A DNA stretch of 64,000 nt from an uncultured Nitrospiraceae bacterium (lineage in GTDB: Bacteria > Nitrospirota > Thermodesulfovibrionia > Thermodesulfovibrionales > SM23-35), in contig CAKZPA010000033.1 in NCBI GenBank assembly GCA_937138415.1, forward strand, positions 44,606-108,605, in the 5' to 3' direction. Position numbers and translations under genes: made by a program. The notes beneath the pieces were generated by a model. It was not told the origin of the DNA. It searched no databases and saw only the letters and a program-made list of their open reading frames with translations. Positions 38,556 through 48,377 of the stretch are shown one piece after another (position 1 is the stretch's first letter; each line of letters begins with the position of its first letter).

Positions 38556-41381
38556 ATGCGGGAAGATTACAAGTCCACCCTCAATTTACCCGAGACCGAC
38601 TTTCCTATGAAGGCAAACCTCGCCCAGAGGGAACCATCGACGCTCGCTTTCTGGGAGGAAAATGATATCTATAGGAAGATCCAGGAGAAAAATAGAAACG
38701 CTCCGGTCTATATCCTCCATGACGGTCCACCGTACGCCAATGGCCACATTCACATCGGCCACGCCCTGAACAAGATTTTGAAGGATTTCATCGTGAAGTT
38801 CAAATCTATGGCGGGCTTCCGCGCGCCCTTCGTGCCGGGATGGGATTGCCACGGGTTGCCGATCGAACTGCAGGTCGACAGGAATCTCGGCGAGCGGAAG
38901 GACAAAATAGGTCTCCTCGAGAAACGAGAGCTCTGCAAAGCATATGCCGCCGAATTCGTGGCGATTCAGCGGGATGAATTCAGGCGCCTCGGGGTGTTCG
39001 GCGACTGGCAGAACCCCTACCTGACGATGTCAAATGCTTACGAGGCGACGATCGTCAGGGAGTTCTGCAGATTCGTGGAAGCCGGGAGCGTTTACAAAGG
39101 GAAAAAACCCGTCCACTGGTGTCCGTCCTGTGTGACGGCACTCGCCGAAGCCGAGGTGGAATACGGGAACAAGGAGTCGCCATCGATTTACGTCAAATTC
39201 GCTGTCGACGACGTAGATGTAGGAAAATACCTGCCACCGCTTGCCGGCAAAACTGTTTTCGTGCTCATCTGGACGACAACGCCGTGGACTCTGCCCGCTA
39301 ATCTCGCCCTCGCCTTTCATCCCGACCTCACCTATTGCGTGATCGAGTGGGGCGGCGAAAACTACCTCGTCGCCGAAGCGAGGAAAGGTGCCCTCGGTGA
39401 AAAACTCGGATCCGACGGGAGGCACTTATTCTCTGTCGAGGGAAGGAAGCTCGAGGGCATGCGCGCCCGCCACCCGTTCATCGAGAGGGAATCGATCGCC
39501 GTCCTCGGAGATTTCGTCTCGGTCGAAGAAGGCACCGGTATTGTCCATATCGCGCCGGGTCACGGTGAAGACGACTATGAAACAGGACTCCGCTACGGGC
39601 TGGACATTTACGCTCCGGTGGACAGACACGGCAAATTCCACTTCACGAAATCCGAGGCACTGGCTGAGATAGATGGGAAATTCGTCTTCGCAGCCAACGC
39701 GGATATCATCGCACTGCTCAAAGAGCGTAATGCGCTCGTTGGAGAAGAGAAAGTGACCCATTCCTATCCGCACTGTTGGAGGTGCAAAAAACCGGTCATC
39801 TTCCGCGCAACGGAACAGTGGTTCATCTCGATGGAGAAGAACGACCTGAGGCGAAAAGCGCTGGCGGAAATCGATTCCGTGGTGTGGATACCGGCGAGGG
39901 GAAAAGACCGGATTCACGGGATGGTCACGAAGAGACCCGATTGGTGCATATCCCGCCAACGGGCCTGGGGCGTACCCATCGCAATGATGAGATGCGATGC
40001 GTGCGGGGAATTCGTTGGGGACCCTCAATTCTTCGCGAAGGTCGTTCGCCTGGTCGAGGAACAGGGAGCGGACGCGTGGTTCAGAAAGGAACCCGAAGAG
40101 TTTCTCCCTGCCGGATACCGATGCGCTCGGTGCAGCAACACGACGTTTTCGAAAGAGATGGATATCCTCGATGTCTGGTTCGACTCCGGCGTCAGCCACG
40201 CCGCGGTCATGGAAGCGGACAACAGACTCTCCTGGCCGGCCGATATGTACCTCGAGGGAAGCGACCAGCACCGAGGATGGTTCCAGAGTTCCCTCCTCGC
40301 TTCCGTCGGGACAAGAGGCCGCGCACCGTACAGGGCGGTGCTCACGCACGGATTTACGGTCGACGGACAGGGAAAGAAGATGTCGAAATCGCTCGGCAAT
40401 GTCATTTCCCCTCAGGAAGTGATCAAGACGAACGGTGCCGAGATCCTGCGGCTTTGGGTCTCCGCAGAGGATTACCGGGACGATGTGCGCATATCGAAGG
40501 AAATTCTGGAGAGACTCACTGAGGCGTACAGGAAGATACGGAATACGTGCAGGTTCCTGCTCGGCAATACGTCCGATTTCGACGGACGCGACTATCGCGC
40601 ATTTCTCCTCGAGGTCGATCGCTGGGCTATGAGCCGGCTCCAGAGTTTCACCGAAAAAGTGCTTCGTGCTTATGAACGCTTCGATTTCCACGAGGTGTTT
40701 CACACCATTTACAACTTTTGTGTCGTCGACATGAGTTCGTTTTACCTCGACATCCTGAAGGACAGGCTCTATACGTTTCGAGCCGATTCCGGGGAAAGGC
40801 GCGCCGCACAGTGGGTTCTTACTATGATTCTGTCGGCGATGACCCGCCTGATGGCCCCCATTCTCTCCTTCACCGCGGAAGAAATATGGCAGCATATGCG
40901 TGTTGCGCAGCAAAAAGCGGGAATGGCCTCTCCGCCAACGGAAGAATCCGTCTTCCTCGCGACGTTCCCGACACCTGACGAAGCCTTCCTCGACCCGGAT
41001 CTCGAGAATAAATGGGACCAACTCTTCGATGTGAGGAATGAAGTGAACAAGGCCCTCGAGATGAAGAGAGCCGAGAAGTTTCTCGGGAATTCGCTCGAGG
41101 CAAAAGTTGTGCTCCGTCTCCCGCCGAAAACGAAAGAAGCCGTTGCGGGGGCAAAAGACTTCTTGCCGACTTTTTTTATCGTCTCCGAAGTCGAGCTGAG
41201 CGAGGAGCCCCTGCCCGGCGCCTATGTGAGCGGCACCGTCGAGGGTATCGAGATACGAATAGAACGGGCGGCAGGCTCGAAGTGTCAACGATGCTGGAAC
41301 TGGAGCACAACCGTGGGGACGTTTGCGGACAAGCCGGACATCTGCGCGCGCTGTTACGACGTCCTCACCCCGAGACCGTAA
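38556..41381 (+). CDS. ileS: isoleucyl-tRNA synthetase
   Basis: HIGH (PYANGHIHIGH) and KMSKS motifs, a CP1 editing domain and a C-terminal Zn finger CQRCWNW...CARC. 941 aa. Confidence 0.97.
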   Translation: MREDYKSTLNLPETDFPMKANLAQREPSTLAFWEENDIYRKIQEKNRNAPVYILHDGPPYANGHIHIGHALNKILKDFIVKFKSMAGFRAPFVPGWDCHGLPIELQVDRNLGERKDKIGLLEKRELCKAYAAEFVAIQRDEFRRLGVFGDWQNPYLTMSNAYEATIVREFCRFVEAGSVYKGKKPVHWCPSCVTALAEAEVEYGNKESPSIYVKFAVDDVDVGKYLPPLAGKTVFVLIWTTTPWTLPANLALAFHPDLTYCVIEWGGENYLVAEARKGALGEKLGSDGRHLFSVEGRKLEGMRARHPFIERESIAVLGDFVSVEEGTGIVHIAPGHGEDDYETGLRYGLDIYAPVDRHGKFHFTKSEALAEIDGKFVFAANADIIALLKERNALVGEEKVTHSYPHCWRCKKPVIFRATEQWFISMEKNDLRRKALAEIDSVVWIPARGKDRIHGMVTKRPDWCISRQRAWGVPIAMMRCDACGEFVGDPQFFAKVVRLVEEQGADAWFRKEPEEFLPAGYRCARCSNTTFSKEMDILDVWFDSGVSHAAVMEADNRLSWPADMYLEGSDQHRGWFQSSLLASVGTRGRAPYRAVLTHGFTVDGQGKKMSKSLGNVISPQEVIKTNGAEILRLWVSAEDYRDDVRISKEILERLTEAYRKIRNTCRFLLGNTSDFDGRDYRAFLLEVDRWAMSRLQSFTEKVLRAYERFDFHEVFHTIYNFCVVDMSSFYLDILKDRLYTFRADSGERRAAQWVLTMILSAMTRLMAPILSFTAEEIWQHMRVAQQKAGMASPPTEESVFLATFPTPDEAFLDPDLENKWDQLFDVRNEVNKALEMKRAEKFLGNSLEAKVVLRLPPKTKEAVAGAKDFLPTFFIVSEVELSEEPLPGAYVSGTVEGIEIRIERAAGSKCQRCWNWSTTVGTFADKPDICARCYDVLTPRP

Positions 41382-41508
41382 CGGTGGCAGCACGCCAGGC
41401 CCAAATGATACCTGTTTCTAACAGTGCGGGAATGCCCGAAGTGCTCGGTCGTCACGCGCCCATTCCGAACGTGCGTCAGCGCTATCATCACGGAACCGCG
41501 CCCTCCCT

Positions 41509-41955
41509 GTGAAGACCCCCGTATTTGTCACTCTCGTCGTCTTTTCGGTCGTCGCAGTCGACCAGGCAACGAAGCATCTGGTCATGGCCTTCCTGCCTTT
41601 GCACGAGTCTCGCGAAGTGCTCCCGTTCCTCCACATCGTCCATTTCAGGAATACCGGTGCCGCCTTCGGCATGTTCAGGGGCATGGGTAGCACATACTTT
41701 GTGCTCCTTTCTCTGGTGGCAATCGTCTTCATCGTGTACCTCCTGAAGAAGAAAGCGTACAACGCGTTCGGTCTCTCTCTTGTTTTAGGCGGAGCACTCG
41801 GGAACCTGATCGATCGGGTACTGTATGGGAATGTGGTTGATTTCATAGATTTTTTCATTGGATCCTTCCATTGGCCCGCGTTCAATGTGGCGGACTCCTC
41901 TCTCACGGTCGGGATCGCAATTATTGTGATTAGGCACCTTTTGGGGAAGAAGTAG
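41509..41955 (+). CDS. lspA: lipoprotein signal peptidase II
   Basis: DQATKHLV, NTGAAFG and GGALGNLIDR...VVDFIDF...PAFNVADS motifs, with a GTG start. Conserved ileS-lspA order. Confidence 0.9.
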   Translation: MKTPVFVTLVVFSVVAVDQATKHLVMAFLPLHESREVLPFLHIVHFRNTGAAFGMFRGMGSTYFVLLSLVAIVFIVYLLKKKAYNAFGLSLVLGGALGNLIDRVLYGNVVDFIDFFIGSFHWPAFNVADSSLTVGIAIIVIRHLLGKK

Positions 41956-42177
41956 ACAGCACCGTTGTGTGACGCAGGGGCAGATGCCGCACAAAAAACC
42001 ATCTTTCGATCCCGCTGCGCACTCGGCCCGATAACGGTGTGGATAGCATTTCCCCCTGCTGCTGACGGATACGACAGTGTCGTCATCGAGTTCAATAATT
42101 TTTCGGACAATGCCCGCACTTTTTGGAGAGGGCCGTCCTGATCCGCCCGTTGAGGACAACGACGCGACAATCTTTCG

Positions 42178-43338
42178 TCACTCGCAGACGACGTAACTGC
42201 TGATTTGTTTCAGCCTGTTTCCCCTTACTCCGATCATCGCCACATCGGTGATCTTATGCACCCGCCGCATGTCGATGATCCTCGAGGCCGTCTCGGGACC
42301 GATACCGGGAACCCTCACTAATTCTTCCCTGCTCGCTCTATTGAGTCTCACCGGGAAAAACTCCGGGTGACGCTCTGCCCACATCTCCTTCGGGTCTTTG
42401 TCCGCGCTGAGGTTGCCATATCTGTCCAGTACGATATCCTCAATTCGAAATCCGTACTTCCTTATGAGGAAGTCCACTTGGTAGAGTCTGTGTTCACGGA
42501 TGAACTGTTCGCGGGGATCGCTCGCCCCCTTTTGTTCCCCCGGTATGCTCTCATCGCCAAGCCCCCTTTGATATGCGGAGAAATAAACCCTCTTGAAACG
42601 GAGTCGTTTATAAAGACCAACCATGTAGTGAATGATCTCCCGGTCCGTTTCGTCGGACGCGCCCACAATGAACTGAGTCGTGCACTTGACCCGGGAGTAC
42701 CGGGCGCCGGGTTCCGTGAGTTTCGCCATCAGCGTCAGCGGACGAAGGATGTCACGCCGGAAGATTTTCTTTTTCGAGAGGACCGCACAATGACGTTCGC
42801 CCGGTGTCTCGATATTGAGAGAGACCGCCGTCGAGAGGGAGAGCGCTTCCTCGATCGCTGCGTCCGACGCGCCAGGAATGATTTTAAGGTGAATGTATCC
42901 CCTGTAAGCCCAACGGTTCCGCAGGATTCGCGCGGCGGCGATCATCTTGTCCATCGTGTAGTCGGGGTCCCGGATCACCGCAGAACTGAGGAAAAGGCCA
43001 AAGACTTTTCTCTTCCAATAATACTCCATGAATGCTCGTGCGATTTCCTCCGGCCCAAGCGTGCAACGACGGACGTTCGAACCCGAACGGAGAGGACAGT
43101 ACCGACAATCGTTGGCGCACGCATTGGAGAGGAGCGTCTTGAGAAGCACCGTGCTCCCGCCCTCGGGAAGGACGACCGGATAAATCCACCTGCCGTCCGA
43201 CCCTCTTTTCCTGTGCTCATCGTCGGCGGTACCGCACGCACAGGCGAGGTCGTAACGGGAATCTTCAGAGAGGATGCGCAACTTGTCGATAACGTCCACG
43301 ATCAACCTCGAGGGATTATACCACGTCGCTGCATTCAA
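42178..43338 (-). CDS. putative DNA modification/repair radical SAM protein with C-terminal helix-hairpin-helix
   Basis: CANDCRYC (CxxxCxxC) cluster motif and a C-terminal LVRVPGIGPETASRII HhH. The overall pattern matches the family I recall as TIGR03916. Confidence 0.8.
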   Translation of the reverse strand: MNAATWYNPSRLIVDVIDKLRILSEDSRYDLACACGTADDEHRKRGSDGRWIYPVVLPEGGSTVLLKTLLSNACANDCRYCPLRSGSNVRRCTLGPEEIARAFMEYYWKRKVFGLFLSSAVIRDPDYTMDKMIAAARILRNRWAYRGYIHLKIIPGASDAAIEEALSLSTAVSLNIETPGERHCAVLSKKKIFRRDILRPLTLMAKLTEPGARYSRVKCTTQFIVGASDETDREIIHYMVGLYKRLRFKRVYFSAYQRGLGDESIPGEQKGASDPREQFIREHRLYQVDFLIRKYGFRIEDIVLDRYGNLSADKDPKEMWAERHPEFFPVRLNRASREELVRVPGIGPETASRIIDMRRVHKITDVAMIGVRGNRLKQISSYVVCE

Positions 43339-43383
43339 GGCCCGCTTCCCGTTTTCTCCCTGCTATTAGTGGTATTATAAAAA

Positions 43384-44175
43384 ATGCATCCCGTGCTCAT
43401 TCGCATTGGTCCGCTCACCATCCATACCTACGGATTCTTCATCGCCATCGGGTTCCTGACCGCGCTCTGGTTGGCCGCGCGCGAAGCCAGGAAACAGGGC
43501 ATCCCGTCTGCGAGGATCTTCGATCTCTGTTTCTATATCCTCCTCGCAGCGATCGTCGGCTCACGGCTCTTCTTTATTCTGATAAACGCGGAGCACTACC
43601 TGCGTCATCCCCTCGATGCGATAAAACTCTGGGAAGGAGGACTCGTTTTTTACGGGGGCATGATCCTCGCAATACCGGTTACGTTGTGGTACGTCAAGAA
43701 ATTCGGCGTGAACGTATGGGTCACTGCCGACATCTTTGCGCCCCCGATAGCGATCGGCCACGCGATCGGAAGACTCGGCTGTCTCGCGGCGGGCTGCTGC
43801 TATGGGAAAGCCGCAGAAAATCTTCCCTGGGGAATTATCTTTACCGACCCGGAATGTCTGGCGCCGACCAACGTGAAACTGCATCCGACACAGCTCTACG
43901 AATCCGCCGGCGAGCTTCTCATCTTCGTTGCACTCATCGCGCTGAGAAATCGTAAAACGTTCAACGGTGAACTTTTCATGGTCTATTTGGCCTGCTACGC
44001 GGTCCTCCGTTTCATCGTCGAATTTTTCCGCGGGGACGCCGGCAGGGGTTTCCTCGCCGAAGGCCTGTCCCTCTCCCAGGGGATCAGCACGTTGCTCTTC
44101 ATTGCCGGCGTCGCCGGCTTCATTGCGCTTCGGAAGAGACATCCCGTAACCAAATGTCGTCAGGAAAGGGGGTAA
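43384..44175 (+). CDS. lgt: prolipoprotein diacylglyceryl transferase
   Basis: IHTYGFFIAIGF, GGLVFYGG and GRLGC..AGCCYG motifs. 263 aa. Confidence 0.92.
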   Translation: MHPVLIRIGPLTIHTYGFFIAIGFLTALWLAAREARKQGIPSARIFDLCFYILLAAIVGSRLFFILINAEHYLRHPLDAIKLWEGGLVFYGGMILAIPVTLWYVKKFGVNVWVTADIFAPPIAIGHAIGRLGCLAAGCCYGKAAENLPWGIIFTDPECLAPTNVKLHPTQLYESAGELLIFVALIALRNRKTFNGELFMVYLACYAVLRFIVEFFRGDAGRGFLAEGLSLSQGISTLLFIAGVAGFIALRKRHPVTKCRQERG

Positions 44176-44248
44176 AAGGAGATCGAGCACATCGGCGGAA
44201 CGATGTCCGTCGGATGAGAGAACTTTTTTGCGGAAAGGAAGGAAAAGA

Positions 44249-45433
44249 ATGGGAAAGAAAGCAACAATGGTATTGAGCTTTGTGCTGATAATCTGCATGA
44301 CCGGTGTGGCAGCGTTCGCACTCACGCCGAAGGAAGAATTGGGTAAAGCGATCTTTTTCGATGAGAATCTCTCGATCAATGCCAATCAGTCCTGCGCGAC
44401 GTGTCATTCGCCGGAAACTGGTTGGACCGGCACAAAGTCGGATGTCAACGCTCATGGGGCCGTGTACGAAGGCTCTATTCCGAACGCTTTCGGTAATCGC
44501 AAGCCTCCTTCATCGGCATACGCCACACAAAGTCCGATTTTGCACGTGGATAAGAAAGGATTATTCGTTGGTGGCAATTTCTGGGATGGAAGGGCGACGG
44601 GCGAGAAATTGGGTAATCCGGCCGCCGACCAGGCGCAGGGTCCTTTTCTGAACCCGGTAGAACAGGCCCTCCCGACCCCGGCCGACGTAGTGACACGGGT
44701 CTGTGCGTCGAGTTATGGTGACCTTTTCAGGGAGGTGTGGGGGACAGAAGCATGCGATCCGGATAAAGTGAATTTGGCATACGATTACATCGGCTTGTCG
44801 ATCGCCGCCTACGAAGCATCACCCGAAGTGAACGCGTTCACTTCGAAGTTCGATTGGTCGATGGTGGGCAAGGCGAAACTGACACTGCAAGAAAGGAAAG
44901 GGTTCTCCCTTTTCCAAGGGAAAGGGAAATGCCAACGGTGTCACGTGAGCAACGGCCGGGCCCCCCTCTTCACGGATTTCACGTACGACAATCTTGGTAT
45001 CCCCAAGAACCCCGAAAATCCGTTTTATACCCACAATCCGGAATTCGTTGACGGGGGATTAGGCGACTTTCTCGCAAGCCGGCTGGACTATGCACAGTAC
45101 GCTCCTGCGAACGCGGGCAAACACAAGGTCCCGACACTGAGGAATGTCGATCTGAGACCGTCTAAGGACTTTGTCAAAGCCTACGGTCATAATGGCTATT
45201 TCAAATCCTTGTGGGGGATCGTGCATTTCTACAACACCCGCGACGTGCTTCGTGTGTGTCCAGGACCCTACACGGAAGCTCAGGCTCTTGCAGCGAACTG
45301 CTGGCCGCCACCGGAGGTTCCGCAGAACGTAAATACCGCGGAGTTAGGGAATCTGGGCTTGACACGTGAAGAGGAGGATGCGATCGTCGCTTTCCTGAGG
45401 ACACTATCGGACGGCTTCGTACCGGGCAGATAA
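44249..45433 (+). CDS. di-haem cytochrome c peroxidase family protein
   Basis: Signal peptide, two haem sites (CATCH and CQRCH), and FFDENLS / LRNV motifs typical of bacterial CCP/MauG. I chose the start at ATG 44249. Confidence 0.85.
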   Translation: MGKKATMVLSFVLIICMTGVAAFALTPKEELGKAIFFDENLSINANQSCATCHSPETGWTGTKSDVNAHGAVYEGSIPNAFGNRKPPSSAYATQSPILHVDKKGLFVGGNFWDGRATGEKLGNPAADQAQGPFLNPVEQALPTPADVVTRVCASSYGDLFREVWGTEACDPDKVNLAYDYIGLSIAAYEASPEVNAFTSKFDWSMVGKAKLTLQERKGFSLFQGKGKCQRCHVSNGRAPLFTDFTYDNLGIPKNPENPFYTHNPEFVDGGLGDFLASRLDYAQYAPANAGKHKVPTLRNVDLRPSKDFVKAYGHNGYFKSLWGIVHFYNTRDVLRVCPGPYTEAQALAANCWPPPEVPQNVNTAELGNLGLTREEEDAIVAFLRTLSDGFVPGR

Positions 45434-45454
45434 CCTAATTCTTTCTCACACCGT

Positions 45455-45490
45455 GAGGCAGGGCTCATCTACGGCCCTGCCTCATATTAT
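45455..45490 (+). terminator. rho-independent-like terminator after the peroxidase gene
   Basis: 10-bp stem GAGGCAGGGC / GCCCTGCCTC with loop TCATCTACG, followed by the A/T-rich ATATTATTAT. Confidence 0.6.
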
Positions 45491-45655
45491 TATCTCCCGG
45501 ATTCAGCGATAACCGTGTAGCTCTTTCTCCGTGTGTGACCCTGAGCTTGCCGAAGGGTGATGCACTTGTCATGGTCCAACGCGCTCACCATGACGATGCG
45601 CGCGGATGCAAGTCGTTGTATCGGTGGATGTGGATATCTGTACATCCCGAAACCC

Positions 45656-46765
45656 TCATAAAGGCAGATACGCAACCGGATTCAGACCGAGACTGGCAAG
45701 ATGACCTGCCTTGAAACGATGATAGCCCGCTGCGGCAATCATCGCCGCGTTGTCCGTACAGAGCGATCGCGAGGGCATGAATAGTTCGATTCCCGTCTCT
45801 TCGGCCATTTCCCCCATCCTTTTCCTCAATTCGCTGTTCGCCGCTACCCCGCCGGACAGGGTCACCCGTTGAATCCCTTCGTTTCTGACCGCCCATTCCG
45901 TTTTCTTCATCAGTACGTCCACGACCGCCGCCTGAAAGGATGCGCAGATGTCACTGATTTGTTCGGGAGTGAGGCTGCCGCTTCCCCGATGAATCTTCGC
46001 CGCGATCCCTCCTCCTTTGAACCGCTCGGCACCCCTTCGTCCCGAAGAGGAGGAAGCGAATCCGCCGGGCAACTCCTTTTCTTCGATCCCGCCCACTGTT
46101 TTCACATACTGCAGCACCGCCGTTTTCAGGCCGCTGAAACTGAAGTCGAGCGAATCTGGGAGATACGCCCGCGGGAAATCAATCGAACGGGGGTCGCCGG
46201 TCCGGGCACGATCATCGATCACCGGGCCGCCGGGATAGCCGAGTCCGAGGAGTTTCGAAACCTTATCGTACGCTTCTCCTGCAGCGTCGTCTCTCGTTCT
46301 GCCGAGTTCCCTGTACCGCCCGAATCCATCGACTCGGCAAAGACAGGTATGCCCCCCCGACACGATCAATGCGATAAACGGGTAGTCCGGCTTTTTCTCC
46401 TCGAGGAACGAGGAATAGATGTGGCCCTCCAGATGGTTGACCGCGACGAGAGGAATCTTCTTTGCGTAACAGAGTGCTTTCGCGAAAGAACAGCCGACGA
46501 GGAGAGAGCCGATCAAACCCGGTCCGTGGCACACAGCGATACACGCGAGCTCCCCGTAACCGATACCAGCCTCTTTCATCGCCTCGTCGACAACGGGCCA
46601 GATCATTTCGACATGGCGGCGCGACGCGAGCTCCGGAACGATACCACCGTATCGCCGATGGATCTCCGTCTGGTTCGAGATGACGTTGGAAACGATCTTC
46701 GTCCCGCTCTCGACGACAGCCGCCGACGTATCGTCACAAGATGTGTCGATGCCAAGGATCAGCAC
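45656..46765 (-). CDS. tsaD: tRNA N6-adenosine threonylcarbamoyltransferase
   Basis: ILGIDTSCDDT, VNHLEGH, GGHT and SGGVAAN motifs. At 369 aa it is longer than usual because of a Gly/Ser/Arg-rich insertion. Confidence 0.93.
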   Translation of the reverse strand: MLILGIDTSCDDTSAAVVESGTKIVSNVISNQTEIHRRYGGIVPELASRRHVEMIWPVVDEAMKEAGIGYGELACIAVCHGPGLIGSLLVGCSFAKALCYAKKIPLVAVNHLEGHIYSSFLEEKKPDYPFIALIVSGGHTCLCRVDGFGRYRELGRTRDDAAGEAYDKVSKLLGLGYPGGPVIDDRARTGDPRSIDFPRAYLPDSLDFSFSGLKTAVLQYVKTVGGIEEKELPGGFASSSSGRRGAERFKGGGIAAKIHRGSGSLTPEQISDICASFQAAVVDVLMKKTEWAVRNEGIQRVTLSGGVAANSELRKRMGEMAEETGIELFMPSRSLCTDNAAMIAAAGYHRFKAGHLASLGLNPVAYLPL

Positions 46766-46777
46766 GAACGTCTCTTA

Positions 46778-47416
46778 TTACTGACCGAAGACCGTCACGT
46801 CTTTCGGTATCGCCGGAACGAAGAGCGCATCATCGAGGCCGGTATTCAGCATCACGTCGCCGAGAGAGATCGTGACGCTGTTGGAATAGGCATCGAGGAC
46901 GGTGAAAGCCCTGATCGGAAACTCACCGCCGGAGAGCTCTACCTCGATCGAGAGGATGCTCCCCATCGGCTTTTTCGGCTTGAGAAGGAGTTTTCCATTG
47001 CGCCCGGAAACGGAGAATTCCTCGCGGATATTTCCAAAGCCGCTGAGGAGCGCTATCGGCGCCTGACCGAAGTTTTCCCGATCGAACGCCCCGCGGAATG
47101 CCTGCTTCTCTTTTTTCTGGTAAATAGTGATGGCGCCGTTACTGATGACGACGTCCTGAGGACTGTCGCCCTCGTAACTCCACTTCATTTTCATCGGTCG
47201 CTTTATGAAGAATGCGCCTTTGAACGTTTCCGTCTTTTTCAGATCCTTCACGACGCTTTTCTGCACAAAACGTCCCTTCATGTCCCTGATCTGCTCGTAC
47301 TGCTTCTGTAATCGCGCCACGTCGCCATCGACGGTCGCGGCATCCTCAGCGTGCACGGAAAGAGACGGCAGACAGCACAACACAAAAAACACGATCACAC
47401 AAATAATTCGATTCAT
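46778..47416 (-). CDS. lolA: outer-membrane lipoprotein carrier protein LolA
   Basis: Signal peptide MNRIICVIVFFVLCCLPSLSVHA and a LolA-like core (F.Q......K..E...G.F.IKRP.K.KW.Y). I chose the start at ATG 47416. Confidence 0.8.
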   Translation of the reverse strand: MNRIICVIVFFVLCCLPSLSVHAEDAATVDGDVARLQKQYEQIRDMKGRFVQKSVVKDLKKTETFKGAFFIKRPMKMKWSYEGDSPQDVVISNGAITIYQKKEKQAFRGAFDRENFGQAPIALLSGFGNIREEFSVSGRNGKLLLKPKKPMGSILSIEVELSGGEFPIRAFTVLDAYSNSVTISLGDVMLNTGLDDALFVPAIPKDVTVFGQ

Positions 47417-47555
47417 AATATTTCTCCTCGATGCGGCGGCAACGCCACTCATTTGATAGAAATAGCATACCACGCCGTATTTCCCCTTAGAAAGGCGAAG
47501 AAACAGCGCCCAGATGCGGCTTGATAAAAACCGCCCAGATTATTAAAGTGTCCTC

Positions 47556-48359
47556 ATGGCTATCGCGTGGCGTATTATCGACGACGGGGCGTGTGCCCCG
47601 GCCTTCAACATGGCCCTCGACGAAGCGATCGCGACGGCGGTTAGGCGGGATCTCGCACCCCCCACATTGCGATTATACGGTTGGAAGGAACGGGCGGTGA
47701 GCATCGGAGCCTTCCAGAGATCGCGGGACGTCAATATCGATTACTGCCGCCGTAAGGGCATTCATATCGTGCGCAGGCCGACAGGCGGAAGGGCGGTCTG
47801 TCATGATGATGAGCTGACGTACAGTTTTGCGGCCAAAACCGAGAACTGTCCCTTCTCCCGCGGGCTTTTTGATAGCTACGGGAAAATAAGCGCCGCTCTC
47901 GTCCGTGCCCTCTCGAGAATCGGCTTATGTCCGCAAAGCGAGGCTCGCACGCGAAACAGGCAGTCCGGCAAAAAACGTCCTGAGCCTCACTCGCCGCTCT
48001 GTTTTCAGTCCATCTCCTACGGAGAAATCTCGGTCGGGGGAATAAAGATCGTCGGTTCGGCCCAGAAACGCTGGAGCGACGGTTTGCTCCAGCAGGGATC
48101 GATTCCTCTGCGCATTCGCCCAGACGAGTTGTCTCATATTTTTTTGTGCGAGAGCGTCGAAGAAAAGACCCTCGCGGGACTGGAACAGTTGATCGCAGCT
48201 CCGTCACGGGAAGGACTGAGGGAGGCGATAAAGTCGGCGTTCGAGGAGACGTTCGAGGTAGAGTTGATCTCCTCGAGGCCGTCCCCGGAGGAATATGCTC
48301 TCGCGCAGAAGCTTGAGGGAGAGAAGTATCTTGACGACGCGTGGACTTTCAGGAGATAA
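47556..48359 (+). CDS. lipoate-protein ligase / octanoyltransferase family protein (BPL/LPL catalytic domain)
   Basis: LRLYGW....SIG..Q, RRPTGGRAV.H..ELTYS and the KIVGSAQKR catalytic Lys motif. 267 aa. Confidence 0.8.
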   Translation: MAIAWRIIDDGACAPAFNMALDEAIATAVRRDLAPPTLRLYGWKERAVSIGAFQRSRDVNIDYCRRKGIHIVRRPTGGRAVCHDDELTYSFAAKTENCPFSRGLFDSYGKISAALVRALSRIGLCPQSEARTRNRQSGKKRPEPHSPLCFQSISYGEISVGGIKIVGSAQKRWSDGLLQQGSIPLRIRPDELSHIFLCESVEEKTLAGLEQLIAAPSREGLREAIKSAFEETFEVELISSRPSPEEYALAQKLEGEKYLDDAWTFRR

Positions 48360-48377
48360 AGCAATTTGAATGGGTAC

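Noticed and set aside
45568-45596. An 8-bp hairpin GTCATGGT / ACCATGAC downstream of tsaD
   Set aside because: It is short, has no U-tract on either strand and has no conserved-looking context. There is not enough evidence to call it a terminator or an ncRNA.
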